From the NCBI GenBank assembly GCA_964386765.1, contig CAYLUC010000003.1, positions 20,595 to 84,594 of the forward strand: a DNA stretch of 64,000 bases. The letters are read 5' to 3'. The translations under genes and the position numbers were made by a program. This document shows, one piece after another, positions 54,208-63,402 of the stretch. This DNA is from an uncultured Candidatus Poseidoniales archaeon (GTDB lineage: Archaea > Thermoplasmatota > Poseidoniia > Poseidoniales > Thalassarchaeaceae). How positions within the stretch are numbered: the stretch's first letter is position 1; each line of letters opens with the position of its first letter. A model generated the notes under the pieces. It worked only from the letters and a program-made list of their open reading frames with translations. It was not told the DNA's origin and did not search any database.

Positions 54208-55410
54208 TCATTCCACACTCCTTGCCCATCCCTTGAGAGACAAAAATGTGGACATCGCCTCGTGGACATGGAATACATCACCAGTGGAGCCGGAGATGTC
54301 TTGGCCGGCAATTCTGGCAGTCACATCATCTGTAGTGAGCTCTACCTTATTGGATGACTGAGTGCTGAATACGTGGGTGCTGGATAAAGCGTCGAAAGTC
54401 TTTGAAGTACCCGGTTGAAGCTGATCGAGGGGGAAATCAGTTACCCTAAGGCCAGATTTACCGTGCAGGCTCCCAATCCATCTTATCACCCTCTTTATGT
54501 CCACAGTCACGTTCTCGTCTGTTTCCCCCACGGCCAATGGTGCCCCCTTGACAAGTTCCCAGAAGGCCTCATTGAGTTTCTTGCTTGTAAATACGGATCT
54601 ACTGTTGTCTTCTCTGAGTCTTTCGATTCTGCCTCCTGAAGATGCTTCAGAAGCCAATTTTTTTATTGAGCTAGTGGAAGATGAGATACCTCTTGATTTT
54701 AGATTGCTATCCATCTCTCTAGCTAATTGGTTTGATGTTGGATCATCTGATGATATCGTCAACAGGTTGGCAACTACATTTTCGAATCCCTGATCTATTC
54801 TTTCGGACCACCCAATATTCGGACCTGCCATTACTGATTTTACATCAATTCCAACACCTGTGATGTAATTGACCAACTCCCTTCTCGCATTTGAGTCGAG
54901 ATGTAGGTAAGCAGGATCACGGACGTGGATGTGGAATCCCCTATGGCCAGAGAATGAAGTCTGAACGTACTCTTCTTTGAAGCCAAATTCTGGTTGAAGG
55001 AAGTCGTCCCAAAGACTCCATGCCTGTTCCTGAATCTTCTCCATCATTCCAGGAAAGTCGTTGTCCGACACCCCTGGTAAATGATCGCCATCGAGGTCGA
55101 AAATCAAATCCGCCCCTAGCCACCCTTTATCGGACATCTTTCTCTGGCTAGGATCTTGATAGTAAGCAGTGCTGTGGAAACAGGAGTGGGGGCCCCTTTG
55201 CTGAAGATAGTCAAGCAATATTCTCTTAGTGGGTAGTGCTCTATGTCTGTCAGGGGGTTTGCTGCCCCATGGTATGAACATCCACTCCCTTGATCTGAGT
55301 CTTGGTGGCGTCCATAAATCTGATACGACGAGAGATTGGTAGTATTCGCTGAATCTTAGAGCGAACCTACTCCATCCGGATGCCATGAGCCATTGGAGGG
55401 AGTTAGGCAC
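54208..55410 (-). CDS. priS: DNA primase small (catalytic) subunit PriS
   Basis: 'REWMFIPW...DRH', 'GADLIFDLDGDH' (catalytic Asp pair) and 'SGHRGFHIHV' are typical of the archaeo-eukaryotic primase fold. Confidence 0.8.
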   Translation of the reverse strand: MPNSLQWLMASGWSRFALRFSEYYQSLVVSDLWTPPRLRSREWMFIPWGSKPPDRHRALPTKRILLDYLQQRGPHSCFHSTAYYQDPSQRKMSDKGWLGADLIFDLDGDHLPGVSDNDFPGMMEKIQEQAWSLWDDFLQPEFGFKEEYVQTSFSGHRGFHIHVRDPAYLHLDSNARRELVNYITGVGIDVKSVMAGPNIGWSERIDQGFENVVANLLTISSDDPTSNQLAREMDSNLKSRGISSSTSSIKKLASEASSGGRIERLREDNSRSVFTSKKLNEAFWELVKGAPLAVGETDENVTVDIKRVIRWIGSLHGKSGLRVTDFPLDQLQPGTSKTFDALSSTHVFSTQSSNKVELTTDDVTARIAGQDISGSTGDVFHVHEAMSTFLSLKGWARSVE

Positions 55411-55425
55411 ATGAACATGCTCATA

Positions 55426-55641
55426 CTATTCCAAAACTAGACTTGTGGGAACTTCCCTTGAATCAGTGGCTGAATCCGTGCCGGTCATCTCTAGGTAGGC
55501 CTCGTAACAAACAAATTGGTCATCCACCACTATCGCCTCTGAGAATGTTAGTGCCTTGCCGGTCACCGAGCATATCGGGCCAAGCTGTCCTGTAGCTGTG
55601 GATAGTTTGGATGGGTCAGGCATAAATCGTGGACCGGGCAT
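55426..55641 (-). CDS. Small hypothetical protein (71 aa), first gene of the priS operon
   Basis: Its stop lies 16 nt upstream of priS. The real mqnD start is probably at 55712, so it does not overlap this ORF. Confidence 0.3.
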   Translation of the reverse strand: MPGPRFMPDPSKLSTATGQLGPICSVTGKALTFSEAIVVDDQFVCYEAYLEMTGTDSATDSREVPTSLVLE

Positions 55642-55711
55642 TGGCTATTCACTGTTACCATCGACATATGTGCATACAAGGAATTTTCTATGCGTCCTCC
55701 GACGACGGCAC

Positions 55712-56572
55712 ATGAGTGGCATGATGGGAGCATTCAGAGTGGGACATTCACCAGACCCAGATGATGCGTTTATGTTCCATGCTATGACTACTGGAGCTAT
55801 TGACACCGAAGAAAGACGGTATGAACACGTCCTGTTGGATATTGAGACTTTGAACAGACACGCCATGAACGGCGAATACGAAGTTTCAGCTGTTAGTATA
55901 CACTCATTTCCTGAAATCTCAGACAGGTATCACTTGATGAATTGTGGCGCTTCAATGGGCGAGGGTTACGGACCCATGTTAATCACGAATTACGCGATGT
56001 CAGAAGATGAGGCGAGGGGCAGAAAGATTGCCATACCTGGCTTGGGCACTAGTGCCTATCTAGCTCTCAGATTGGCATGGGGGGATGTAGATGTAGAGGT
56101 CGTTCCCTTCGATGAGATATTACCTGCCGTATCAAATGGGGAGTATGATGTTGGTTTGATAATCCACGAGGGGCAGTTAACATGGGAAAACGAAGGTGTT
56201 TTCTTAGCACTGGATCTTGGAATTTGGTGGAATGAAAAAACTGGATTGCCTCTGCCACTTGGTGGTAATGTAGTCAGAAAGGACCTTGGTATGGACCTAT
56301 GCGAGAAACTTACAAATGACGTCAAGAAGAGTATAGAGCACTCTCTATCAGAACCAGATAAGGCACTAGAGTTTGCCAAGAAGTGGGGAAGGGGGATTGA
56401 TGACGACACAAATGAGGAATTCGTCGGAATGTACGTCAACGAAAGAACTCTAGACTACGGAGAGGACGGTAGAGATGCAATACGCCTATTCCTGAAGGAG
56501 GGGCAGAAGATTGGAATGGTGAGAGAGACACTGGATGTGGATTCGATTAAATTCATAGGTTCGGGTGAATAG
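55712..56572 (+). CDS. mqnD: 1,4-dihydroxy-6-naphthoate synthase MqnD
   Basis: 'GHSPDPDDAFMFHAM', 'DIETLNRHAMNGEYEV', 'VGLIIHEGQL', and 'LDLGIWWNEKTGLPLPLG' align closely with Thermus MqnD. Confidence 0.85.
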   Translation: MSGMMGAFRVGHSPDPDDAFMFHAMTTGAIDTEERRYEHVLLDIETLNRHAMNGEYEVSAVSIHSFPEISDRYHLMNCGASMGEGYGPMLITNYAMSEDEARGRKIAIPGLGTSAYLALRLAWGDVDVEVVPFDEILPAVSNGEYDVGLIIHEGQLTWENEGVFLALDLGIWWNEKTGLPLPLGGNVVRKDLGMDLCEKLTNDVKKSIEHSLSEPDKALEFAKKWGRGIDDDTNEEFVGMYVNERTLDYGEDGRDAIRLFLKEGQKIGMVRETLDVDSIKFIGSGE

Positions 56573-57052
56573 ATGTCCCAAGATAGACCTGAAGTTAGTG
56601 AGTTTGAATCCGTAGATCCAGCCCCTGCTAGCCGGGAGGATGATGTGCCTAGACTGAGGTCTAGCATCTGTGATGAGAATGAGCGTATGTTCCAGAGGAT
56701 GAGGGCACTATTCGCCTTGAGGAATATTGGAGGGGGGGATGCCATAGAGGCTTTGGCCGCCGCATTCTCGTCGGATTCGGCACTCCTTAAGCATGAGATT
56801 GCTTATGTCATGGGACAGATGCAAGACTCTAGGGCAGTTCCGCATTTAATTGACAGGCTGAGAGATATGGATGAGGATGTCATGGTAAGACATGAGGCGG
56901 CCGAAGCACTAGGGGCAATAGGAGATAGGACTGCTCTTGATGTTCTTGAGCAATTCAAGGATGACAAGGACGTCGTAGTTGCCGAGTCATGTGAAGTGGC
57001 ATTAGACCTACTTGAGTGGGTATCTAGCAAGAAGCTCAATTATTCTGAATGA
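56573..57052 (+). CDS. HEAT-repeat (PBS-lyase/E-Z type) protein
   Basis: Repeated units 'AIEALAAAFSSDS..LKHEIAYVMGQMQDSRAVPHLIDRLRD...VRHEAAEALGAIGD' are present. Confidence 0.6.
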   Translation: MSQDRPEVSEFESVDPAPASREDDVPRLRSSICDENERMFQRMRALFALRNIGGGDAIEALAAAFSSDSALLKHEIAYVMGQMQDSRAVPHLIDRLRDMDEDVMVRHEAAEALGAIGDRTALDVLEQFKDDKDVVVAESCEVALDLLEWVSSKKLNYSE

Positions 57053-57840
57053 AATGCCCACGTTGGTCCTTGTTCCATACCACAGGCCTCTCTGAGGAAA
57101 GTTGTGAGTCCCGTAACATCCTGGTCTGTCATCCTGTTTCTGACCTCTCTTCTGAAATAGTCCTCCATCCTTTCATATGGAAATCCCAGTTTATGCGATG
57201 ACCTTGTGATTACCCCATATCTCCAATCATCATCAGTCTCGAATTTATGCAGTTGGGCCATCATATCAGAATATGCCTTTCTTAAATCTTCAATGGGGGA
57301 ATCCCTCCTCGCCGCGAATACGCCGAAAACCATTGGCAGGCCTGTAGCATTACTCCATTCCCTTCCAAGATCTAGTTGTACCAGTTCAGGGCGTTCCATG
57401 GATGCCATCAGTGATCTATCGCCGATAAGTAATGCTCCATCGCATTTGGACAACATTGTATCTATATCTGGCCCAGACTCAACAAATTTGGGATCCAGGC
57501 CCCGATTCTTCAGGGCCCATCTCAATAGGACCTTTGATGTTGAGGAATCTGAGGGGAGGGCGATATCCCTCATATTCTCCAGAGGTCGGGAGCCAAAAAG
57601 TAGCACTGACCCAACATCTCCGCTGCTTACTATCCCCAAATCGGGCAGTAAGAAAAGCTCCTCGTGATTGAGTGCATAGTCAGCTGCAGGAATCGGTGCA
57701 GTTAGGCAATCCTTCCTCATTACGTGGCCCGTTAGCCACGCAGGTGGTGCAGGCAAAATTGACCAATTTTCATCGATACCATCGAAAATTGGATCACAAT
57801 TTGAGAACGATACTCTGCCAATTACTCCATTCCAACTCAT
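57040..57840 (-). CDS. mqnA: Chorismate dehydratase MqnA (MqnA/MqnD family)
   Basis: 'VIGRVSFSNCDPIF' resembles the MqnA N-terminus (GRI.YLN..PL). It has the periplasmic-binding-protein-like fold family. Confidence 0.65.
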   Translation of the reverse strand: MSWNGVIGRVSFSNCDPIFDGIDENWSILPAPPAWLTGHVMRKDCLTAPIPAADYALNHEELFLLPDLGIVSSGDVGSVLLFGSRPLENMRDIALPSDSSTSKVLLRWALKNRGLDPKFVESGPDIDTMLSKCDGALLIGDRSLMASMERPELVQLDLGREWSNATGLPMVFGVFAARRDSPIEDLRKAYSDMMAQLHKFETDDDWRYGVITRSSHKLGFPYERMEDYFRREVRNRMTDQDVTGLTTFLREACGMEQGPTWAFHSE

Positions 57841-57842
57841 TG

Positions 57843-58961
57843 TTACACCAATTCTGTACTAATCTGGGGCAATTGAATAGACTGAGGGGGAGCATTATCC
57901 CCGTATATGGAGAATACAGAATACTTCGAGTCTCTCTTTATTGGCTTGGACCCGGTTGAGGTGACTAAGTTAGCTAGCTCTTCCGTGCTTGTATCTAACC
58001 TGGTGGAGCTCCCGGCTACATGCATAATCTCCTCATGGCCTACCGTCCCGTCTATGTCGTCAGCCCCGCAAGTAAGAGCTAGTGAGGCAATATTATCACC
58101 AATATTCATCCTATATGCCTTGATGTGTGGAATATTGTCGAGCAATATACGTGATACTGAAATGACTCTGATAATCTCGCTTCCCGTAGCCAGTTGAGCC
58201 TCTGGTAACCTAGTTTTGTCGGGTAGGAACGGGTAGGGCACGAAGCATTGGAAACCCATACTAATGTCCTGCTGTTCTCTGATCCTTAGCAGATGTTCTA
58301 CCCTGTCTGCTATCGACTCAATGGTTCCGAATAGCATAGTACAATTCGTTGGAATGCCCAATGAGTGTGCTTTCGAGTGTATTTCCAGATATTCACTCGA
58401 TGATTCCTTGCCCAAGCATATCCTGTCCCTGATACTATCGACGAGAATTTCTGCACCCCCTCCAGGTAATGAGTCCAGTCCGGCATCCGACAGCCTTGAG
58501 AGCGTATCCTCGATAGTGATAGACGATTTCATTGAGAGATGTTTAATTTCTACAGCAGTTAGTGCTTTGATGTGTATATCTGGGAATTCTGACTTGGTGG
58601 AAGAGAATAGCCTGCAATAGTCATCAACGTCCCATGACGGGTGAAGTCCTCCCACGGTATGGACCTCATCTATGGATGCCGCCAGAGGCCTGATCCTACT
58701 GAGATATTCATCGACATCGAGAGCATATGCATCTGGGTGCCTAGGGCCCTTTCTAAATGCACAGAAGCGGCAGGCGAGAACACAAATATTCGTTGTATTG
58801 ACGTGAAGATTCTCATTAAAGAACACGTTATTTGAGTATCTTGATCTCTTCACCATATCAGCTAGAGAAGTGACTGAAGACAAAGAGGGATTCTCGAATA
58901 ATGATATGCCCTGCTCCCTAGAAATTCTTCCATCACGAATTAGTGATTGTAAGCATGACAT
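57843..58961 (-). CDS. Radical SAM enzyme of the MqnC/MqnE family (tentatively aminofutalosine synthase MqnE, because it sits beside mqnA)
   Basis: 'NENLHVNTTNICVLACRFCAF' carries the CxxxCxxC motif. The start is taken at the internal Met (MSCLQSLIRDG) by analogy to family length. The ORF extends to 59156. Confidence 0.7.
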   Translation of the reverse strand: MSCLQSLIRDGRISREQGISLFENPSLSSVTSLADMVKRSRYSNNVFFNENLHVNTTNICVLACRFCAFRKGPRHPDAYALDVDEYLSRIRPLAASIDEVHTVGGLHPSWDVDDYCRLFSSTKSEFPDIHIKALTAVEIKHLSMKSSITIEDTLSRLSDAGLDSLPGGGAEILVDSIRDRICLGKESSSEYLEIHSKAHSLGIPTNCTMLFGTIESIADRVEHLLRIREQQDISMGFQCFVPYPFLPDKTRLPEAQLATGSEIIRVISVSRILLDNIPHIKAYRMNIGDNIASLALTCGADDIDGTVGHEEIMHVAGSSTRLDTSTEELANLVTSTGSKPIKRDSKYSVFSIYGDNAPPQSIQLPQISTELV

Positions 58962-59154
58962 GGAAATTGGGTCTGAGGAAACGGACAGAGGTACTGGCAT
59001 TAATGAAAGCGCCTCACGCCAATTGTCATTCCCCGACAACGGTACATCGACTAGCGCCATGATGTGCGGCCCCACACAGCATGTGATAAGAATTCGTCTG
59101 ATGGGTATATATCGTGCCCGGAAATCATCATTAGTTAGATTCTGTAGGAGTGTC

Positions 59155-59991
59155 ATGGAAGGGGATGTCGGGCATCAATACCTGTCTATCTCCGAGCTTG
59201 AGGATATGTCAAATGATTGTAGAAAGCACATAGTTACTATGATACACAAGGCTGGTGCCGGACATCCTGGAGGATCTCTTTCTGCTATCGACATTATCGT
59301 TGCACTCTATGGGACGAGACTGAGGTTCAATCGAGAAAATCCAGATTGGGATGATAGGGACAGGTTCGTTATGAGCAAGGGGCACGCCAGTCCTGCAGTA
59401 TATTCAATACTACATGAGATGGGTTTCCTCAGCGAGTCCGATTTGTCCACATTCCGCACACTTGGTTCTGTCTGCCAGGGGCACGTCGATATGAAGTGGA
59501 CAGACGGTGTTGACTTCTCTGCAGGAAGTCTGGGCATGGGACTCTCATTTGGATTAGGATGTGCTATAGCTGCAAGGATGGACTCGAGCTCCAGAGAAAC
59601 ATGGGTGATGGTTGGAGATGGAGAAATGCAAGAGGGGCAAATTTGGGAAGCCATGATGGCAGCCGATTTTCACAAAGTCAGTGGATTGAAGATGATAGTC
59701 GATAGGAACAGAATTCAGAATGATGACTTCGTAAACGTTCAGATGGAAGTCGGTGATGTTGCATCAAAGATTTCCTCCTTCGGCTGGAACGTTATGGAAA
59801 TCGATGGGCACAACATGAAAGAAATTGTTGATGCTCTGAAATGGGCATCTGAGCAGGACTCTGGCCCCTCCGCAATAGTGGCCCATACCACCAAAGGCAA
59901 AGGTGTGTCATTCATGGAAAATAACCCGTCATTTCATGGTAAGGCACCTAGTGACGAAGAGTTGTCCCTAGCATTGGAGGAGTTGTCATGA
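59155..59991 (+). CDS. tktA: Transketolase, N-terminal (TPP-binding) subunit
   Basis: 'HKAGAGHPGGSLSAIDIIVALY', 'MSKGHASPAVYSIL', and 'GSLGMGLSFGLG' are present. The split form is typical of archaea. Confidence 0.85.
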   Translation: MEGDVGHQYLSISELEDMSNDCRKHIVTMIHKAGAGHPGGSLSAIDIIVALYGTRLRFNRENPDWDDRDRFVMSKGHASPAVYSILHEMGFLSESDLSTFRTLGSVCQGHVDMKWTDGVDFSAGSLGMGLSFGLGCAIAARMDSSSRETWVMVGDGEMQEGQIWEAMMAADFHKVSGLKMIVDRNRIQNDDFVNVQMEVGDVASKISSFGWNVMEIDGHNMKEIVDALKWASEQDSGPSAIVAHTTKGKGVSFMENNPSFHGKAPSDEELSLALEELS

Positions 59992-60935
59992 GTGCCCCAT
60001 CCGCGGGAGGGGCGTCCAGGGATGGATATGGCTCCGCCCTACTGAAGCTATCTTCGGACCCCCGAGTAGTAGTTTTAGAGGCGGATCTTGGGAAGTCTAC
60101 GAAGTCATGTCTCTTCAGAGATGAGTTTCCGGAAAGAACCGTATCACTTGGCATAGCCGAGCAAAATATGATGCTTGTAGCCGCGGGTATGGCATCATCG
60201 GGAAAGATTCCCTTTGCGAGCACCTTTGCGATATTTACCGAACGTGCATTTGAACAAGTGAGAAATGGTATCGCCAGACCGGGGCTATCCGTGCATATTT
60301 GTGGCAGTCATGGCGGAATACATACTGGGACTGATGGCAGTAGCGCACAATCAATAGAGGACCTAGCTATCTACAGGACTATTCCCGGACTGACTGTGAT
60401 TACCCCATCTGATGATATTTCTGCAGAAGAGTTGACCCTTCAACTTCTAGAGCACGGCAATGCATCTTACACCAGGACTGCTAGGAACAAAACACCAAGG
60501 ATGTACGACACGGAATCAGTCAAACGCCTTAAGATTGGTAAAGGATCAGTGCTCAAGGAAGGTGATGATGTAGCGATTATCGCTTGTGGTGTCATGGTTT
60601 CAGAAGCTATGGAGGCGGCATCGATATTGGGCGATTCTGGTGTCAATGCCTGTGTAATTGACATGCACACGATAAAACCACTTGACACTGGGCTACTGGA
60701 TGAAATTAGAATGAATTGTGGTGGAATAGTCACAGCTGAGGACCACTCGGTAATTGGTGGCTTGGGAAGCGCTGTAGCTGAGTATTTGTCATCCGTGGGC
60801 GGATTCCCAGTTCAAATGATTGGAGTCAATGATAGGTTCGGTGAGAGTGGTTCGACTTCGGATCTTATGGAGTCTCTAGGGCTAACCAGAAACGAAATCG
60901 TATCGCTAGCCCGGGACATAGTCAACACCCGATGA
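59988..60935 (+). CDS. tktB: Transketolase, C-terminal (pyrimidine-binding) subunit
   Basis: 'FPERTVSLGIAEQNMMLVAAGMASSG' is present. It overlaps the N-terminal subunit gene by 4 nt. Confidence 0.85.
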   Translation: MSAPSAGGASRDGYGSALLKLSSDPRVVVLEADLGKSTKSCLFRDEFPERTVSLGIAEQNMMLVAAGMASSGKIPFASTFAIFTERAFEQVRNGIARPGLSVHICGSHGGIHTGTDGSSAQSIEDLAIYRTIPGLTVITPSDDISAEELTLQLLEHGNASYTRTARNKTPRMYDTESVKRLKIGKGSVLKEGDDVAIIACGVMVSEAMEAASILGDSGVNACVIDMHTIKPLDTGLLDEIRMNCGGIVTAEDHSVIGGLGSAVAEYLSSVGGFPVQMIGVNDRFGESGSTSDLMESLGLTRNEIVSLARDIVNTR

Positions 60936-60977
60936 AATGACTCTATTTTGTTCACATGTGCGTTTGATTGATGAAGT

Positions 60978-61841
60978 ATGCATAGTCGAGATAGCAATAT
61001 GAGTGGCTCGGAGAGGCTGAAGGGTCTTCTTGATGGCTCCATAGATCCGTCTGAAATTGAAGAGGATCCTGCACTATATTCTATGGCCGAGAGAATATAC
61101 GGCAGGGATGCCTTGGAAGAGATGGGAGTCAACCCTCCAGTGAAGCCGAAGACGCATGGCATAGCGATTTCGAATGGTAACGGTGGAGTCTTACTGCCCG
61201 AGGAAGCTCAAGAGGAGGTGGATGAGGTAGGTGAATTGAGAAAGCCAAGAAGGCCGACGATCCTGATTTCTGCAAGTGTAATTTGTCTATGCATAGTGGC
61301 ATCAAACGTAGCAATAGGGATTGGCACATATGTGCCATTATGCGAAGATGAGGTGGGTCCAAAGGTTCTGACTTATTCTTCGTCTGCCACTGAAATAGAC
61401 GGAAGCCTCCTAATTTCATGGACTGTGACCGGCATGAATCTATCATCTAACTATAGTATCACTTGGGTCATTTCAGAAAATGGTTCGAATGAGGTCGTTG
61501 ATGAGGGAGGTTCCAGTTGGACGGCAGGTGAGACTGTGCGGATTCAGACGGAGAACTGGATGGTAACTAAGCCACCCTATACATATCTCTCAGTACTACA
61601 TCTGGAGGGTGTTCCGGTGGCATATAGCAATGGAACCGTTGGTGACTCGATTCAAGTTTTGGCTAATATCGAACAATTGACACCTAAGTGTGACGACAAC
61701 ACAAGGCTTCTGTGGACCGAACTGCCCGAATATAACAATATCAACTCCTGGGATTCTGCAGGAACCGGTGGCATCATTGATGGTGCACTAATGATGCTCT
61801 TTGGCCTGTCGACAGTTCTTTTGTTATTGAGAAAGAGATGA
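60978..61841 (+). CDS. Membrane-anchored extracytoplasmic protein (central TM, Ser/Thr-rich ectodomain, C-terminal TM plus RKR tail)
   Basis: 'ILISASVICLCIVASNVAIGI' is a TM helix. The C-terminus reads 'GALMMLFGLSTVLLLLRKR'. Confidence 0.45.
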   Translation: MHSRDSNMSGSERLKGLLDGSIDPSEIEEDPALYSMAERIYGRDALEEMGVNPPVKPKTHGIAISNGNGGVLLPEEAQEEVDEVGELRKPRRPTILISASVICLCIVASNVAIGIGTYVPLCEDEVGPKVLTYSSSATEIDGSLLISWTVTGMNLSSNYSITWVISENGSNEVVDEGGSSWTAGETVRIQTENWMVTKPPYTYLSVLHLEGVPVAYSNGTVGDSIQVLANIEQLTPKCDDNTRLLWTELPEYNNINSWDSAGTGGIIDGALMMLFGLSTVLLLLRKR

Positions 61842-63362
61842 TCAATACATTCTAGCTAGATGCTGTCTTCTTGACGTCATCCTCCCCGTCACTACACAGG
61901 GCCTTGGGTCAGTGAACTGATTGTCACAGTCACCGAGAATTGCGAGTCCGGTTAGTTTCTCAAGTATCTCGGCGTCTGAGTCGTTTCCGTCGAATGCAAT
62001 CTCGTAGATTATTCCGTCTTCAACGTCCCCTGCAAGTTCCCATTTACCATCCTCCATGATTATACCAGGGAACGGTCGGATGAGGGACTCGATGTGTACT
62101 GAAGATCTCAAACGTAATTCCTCAGATATGGTATCCAGTGTACTGGAAATTGTTTCAACTATTCCATCGAGGGGGACCTCCTGCTTACCACCAGTTCTTA
62201 GTGACAGGATGCAATTACCCGATTCTAGGTCTCTAGGACCTAGCTCCAGCCTTATCGGGACTCCCTTTATCTCCCAGTCATAGTGCTTAACGCCCGGCCT
62301 AACGTCACGAAGATCTAACTTCACCCTGAGTCCAGAGTCGTTCAACGAAGAAGCTAGTTCCTCGATGGCGGGCAATACTGCTTCGTTCGCGTGAGCAGCG
62401 ACTGGGAATAGAACAACTTGGTGGGGTGCGACTGCGGGAGGAATTATCAGACCCTGATCGTCGCCATGCATCCCGACAACTGCGCCCAGTAGTCTCTCCG
62501 ACATGCCGAATGTTGTTTGGTGGCAGAGTCTTGACTTGCCCTCTGAATCCTCGTAAGATAAGTCGAATGCTCCCGCCCACTGGTTCCTGTAGTGATGGTA
62601 CGTTGCGACTTGCAAGGATCTGCCATTTGGCATGACGACATCTGCAGCCATAGTATACCATGCCCCGGGGAATGTGTCCCAAACTGGCCGCTTTGAGACG
62701 ATACTGGGCAGACATAGGTCATGAAGTATGTTCTGGACCATATCTGCATCCTCATATATTTGCTCGGTCGCATCATCCTCAGTGGCGTGTACCGTGTGGG
62801 CCTCGAAAAAGTGTATCTCCCTGACTCTGATGAAGGATCTGGTTTGCTTGGTTTCATACCTGAAAGTATTTACTATCTGGAAGGTTTTCAATGGTAAGTC
62901 TGCGTGACTCCTAACCCACAATGAAAACATGGAATACATGGGCGTCTCAGAAGTGGGTCTGAGAAACATGGGTATGTCTAACTCATTCTCACCCCCATGA
63001 GTTACCCAATAGACCTCCTTCTTGAATCCGGAATCCTCCTCTTCCATTCTCAATTCTGAAGGATCTACACCTGCGGCCCTAGCTGCTTTGAGCCTGGAGA
63101 CGAGCTTGTTCTCCTTCTCCAGAAGGTCCTCGGGGACCAATAAGGGGAACCTGTATTCAGAGTGCCCTGTCCTGGACATCTGTTGCCTTGCCAAGCCATC
63201 GATCAATGACATTGCAGTTAATCCATAAGGCTTCCAAACATCCATTCCCTTAATCGGATATCTCTTGTCAACTAAGTCAGCAATTTCGACAATAGAGGGA
63301 TACCAGGAATTGAAGTCAGACTTCGGAGGTATTCCCCTCTTGGCCTTGCCATGACCTGCCAT
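61842..63362 (-). CDS. proS: Prolyl-tRNA synthetase, archaeal/eukaryotic type
   Basis: 'FNSWYPSIVEIADLVDKRYPIKGMDVWKPYG' is present. Class II motifs and the conserved C-terminal '...ARMY' are present. Confidence 0.9.
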   Translation of the reverse strand: MAGHGKAKRGIPPKSDFNSWYPSIVEIADLVDKRYPIKGMDVWKPYGLTAMSLIDGLARQQMSRTGHSEYRFPLLVPEDLLEKENKLVSRLKAARAAGVDPSELRMEEEDSGFKKEVYWVTHGGENELDIPMFLRPTSETPMYSMFSLWVRSHADLPLKTFQIVNTFRYETKQTRSFIRVREIHFFEAHTVHATEDDATEQIYEDADMVQNILHDLCLPSIVSKRPVWDTFPGAWYTMAADVVMPNGRSLQVATYHHYRNQWAGAFDLSYEDSEGKSRLCHQTTFGMSERLLGAVVGMHGDDQGLIIPPAVAPHQVVLFPVAAHANEAVLPAIEELASSLNDSGLRVKLDLRDVRPGVKHYDWEIKGVPIRLELGPRDLESGNCILSLRTGGKQEVPLDGIVETISSTLDTISEELRLRSSVHIESLIRPFPGIIMEDGKWELAGDVEDGIIYEIAFDGNDSDAEILEKLTGLAILGDCDNQFTDPRPCVVTGRMTSRRQHLARMY

Positions 63363-63402
63363 GGTGCTAACCCAGAATGACCGTGGCTTGAATTATTCGC
63401 AT

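Noticed and set aside
53651-54361. 236-aa plus-strand ORF, Gly/Ser-rich (…GGRGGGGAS…SGSGGGGGGGG…)
   Set aside because: It is antisense to the polyproline gene, with CCN codons read as GGN on the other strand. The minus-strand frame has operon context and structured repeats, while this one is pure low complexity.
58870-59154. N-terminal 95-aa extension of the transketolase N-subunit, and the corresponding 5' extension of the radical SAM gene to 59156
   Set aside because: Both extensions are low complexity and would make the divergent genes overlap head-to-head. Family-typical lengths are restored by the internal Met codons at 59155 and 58961.
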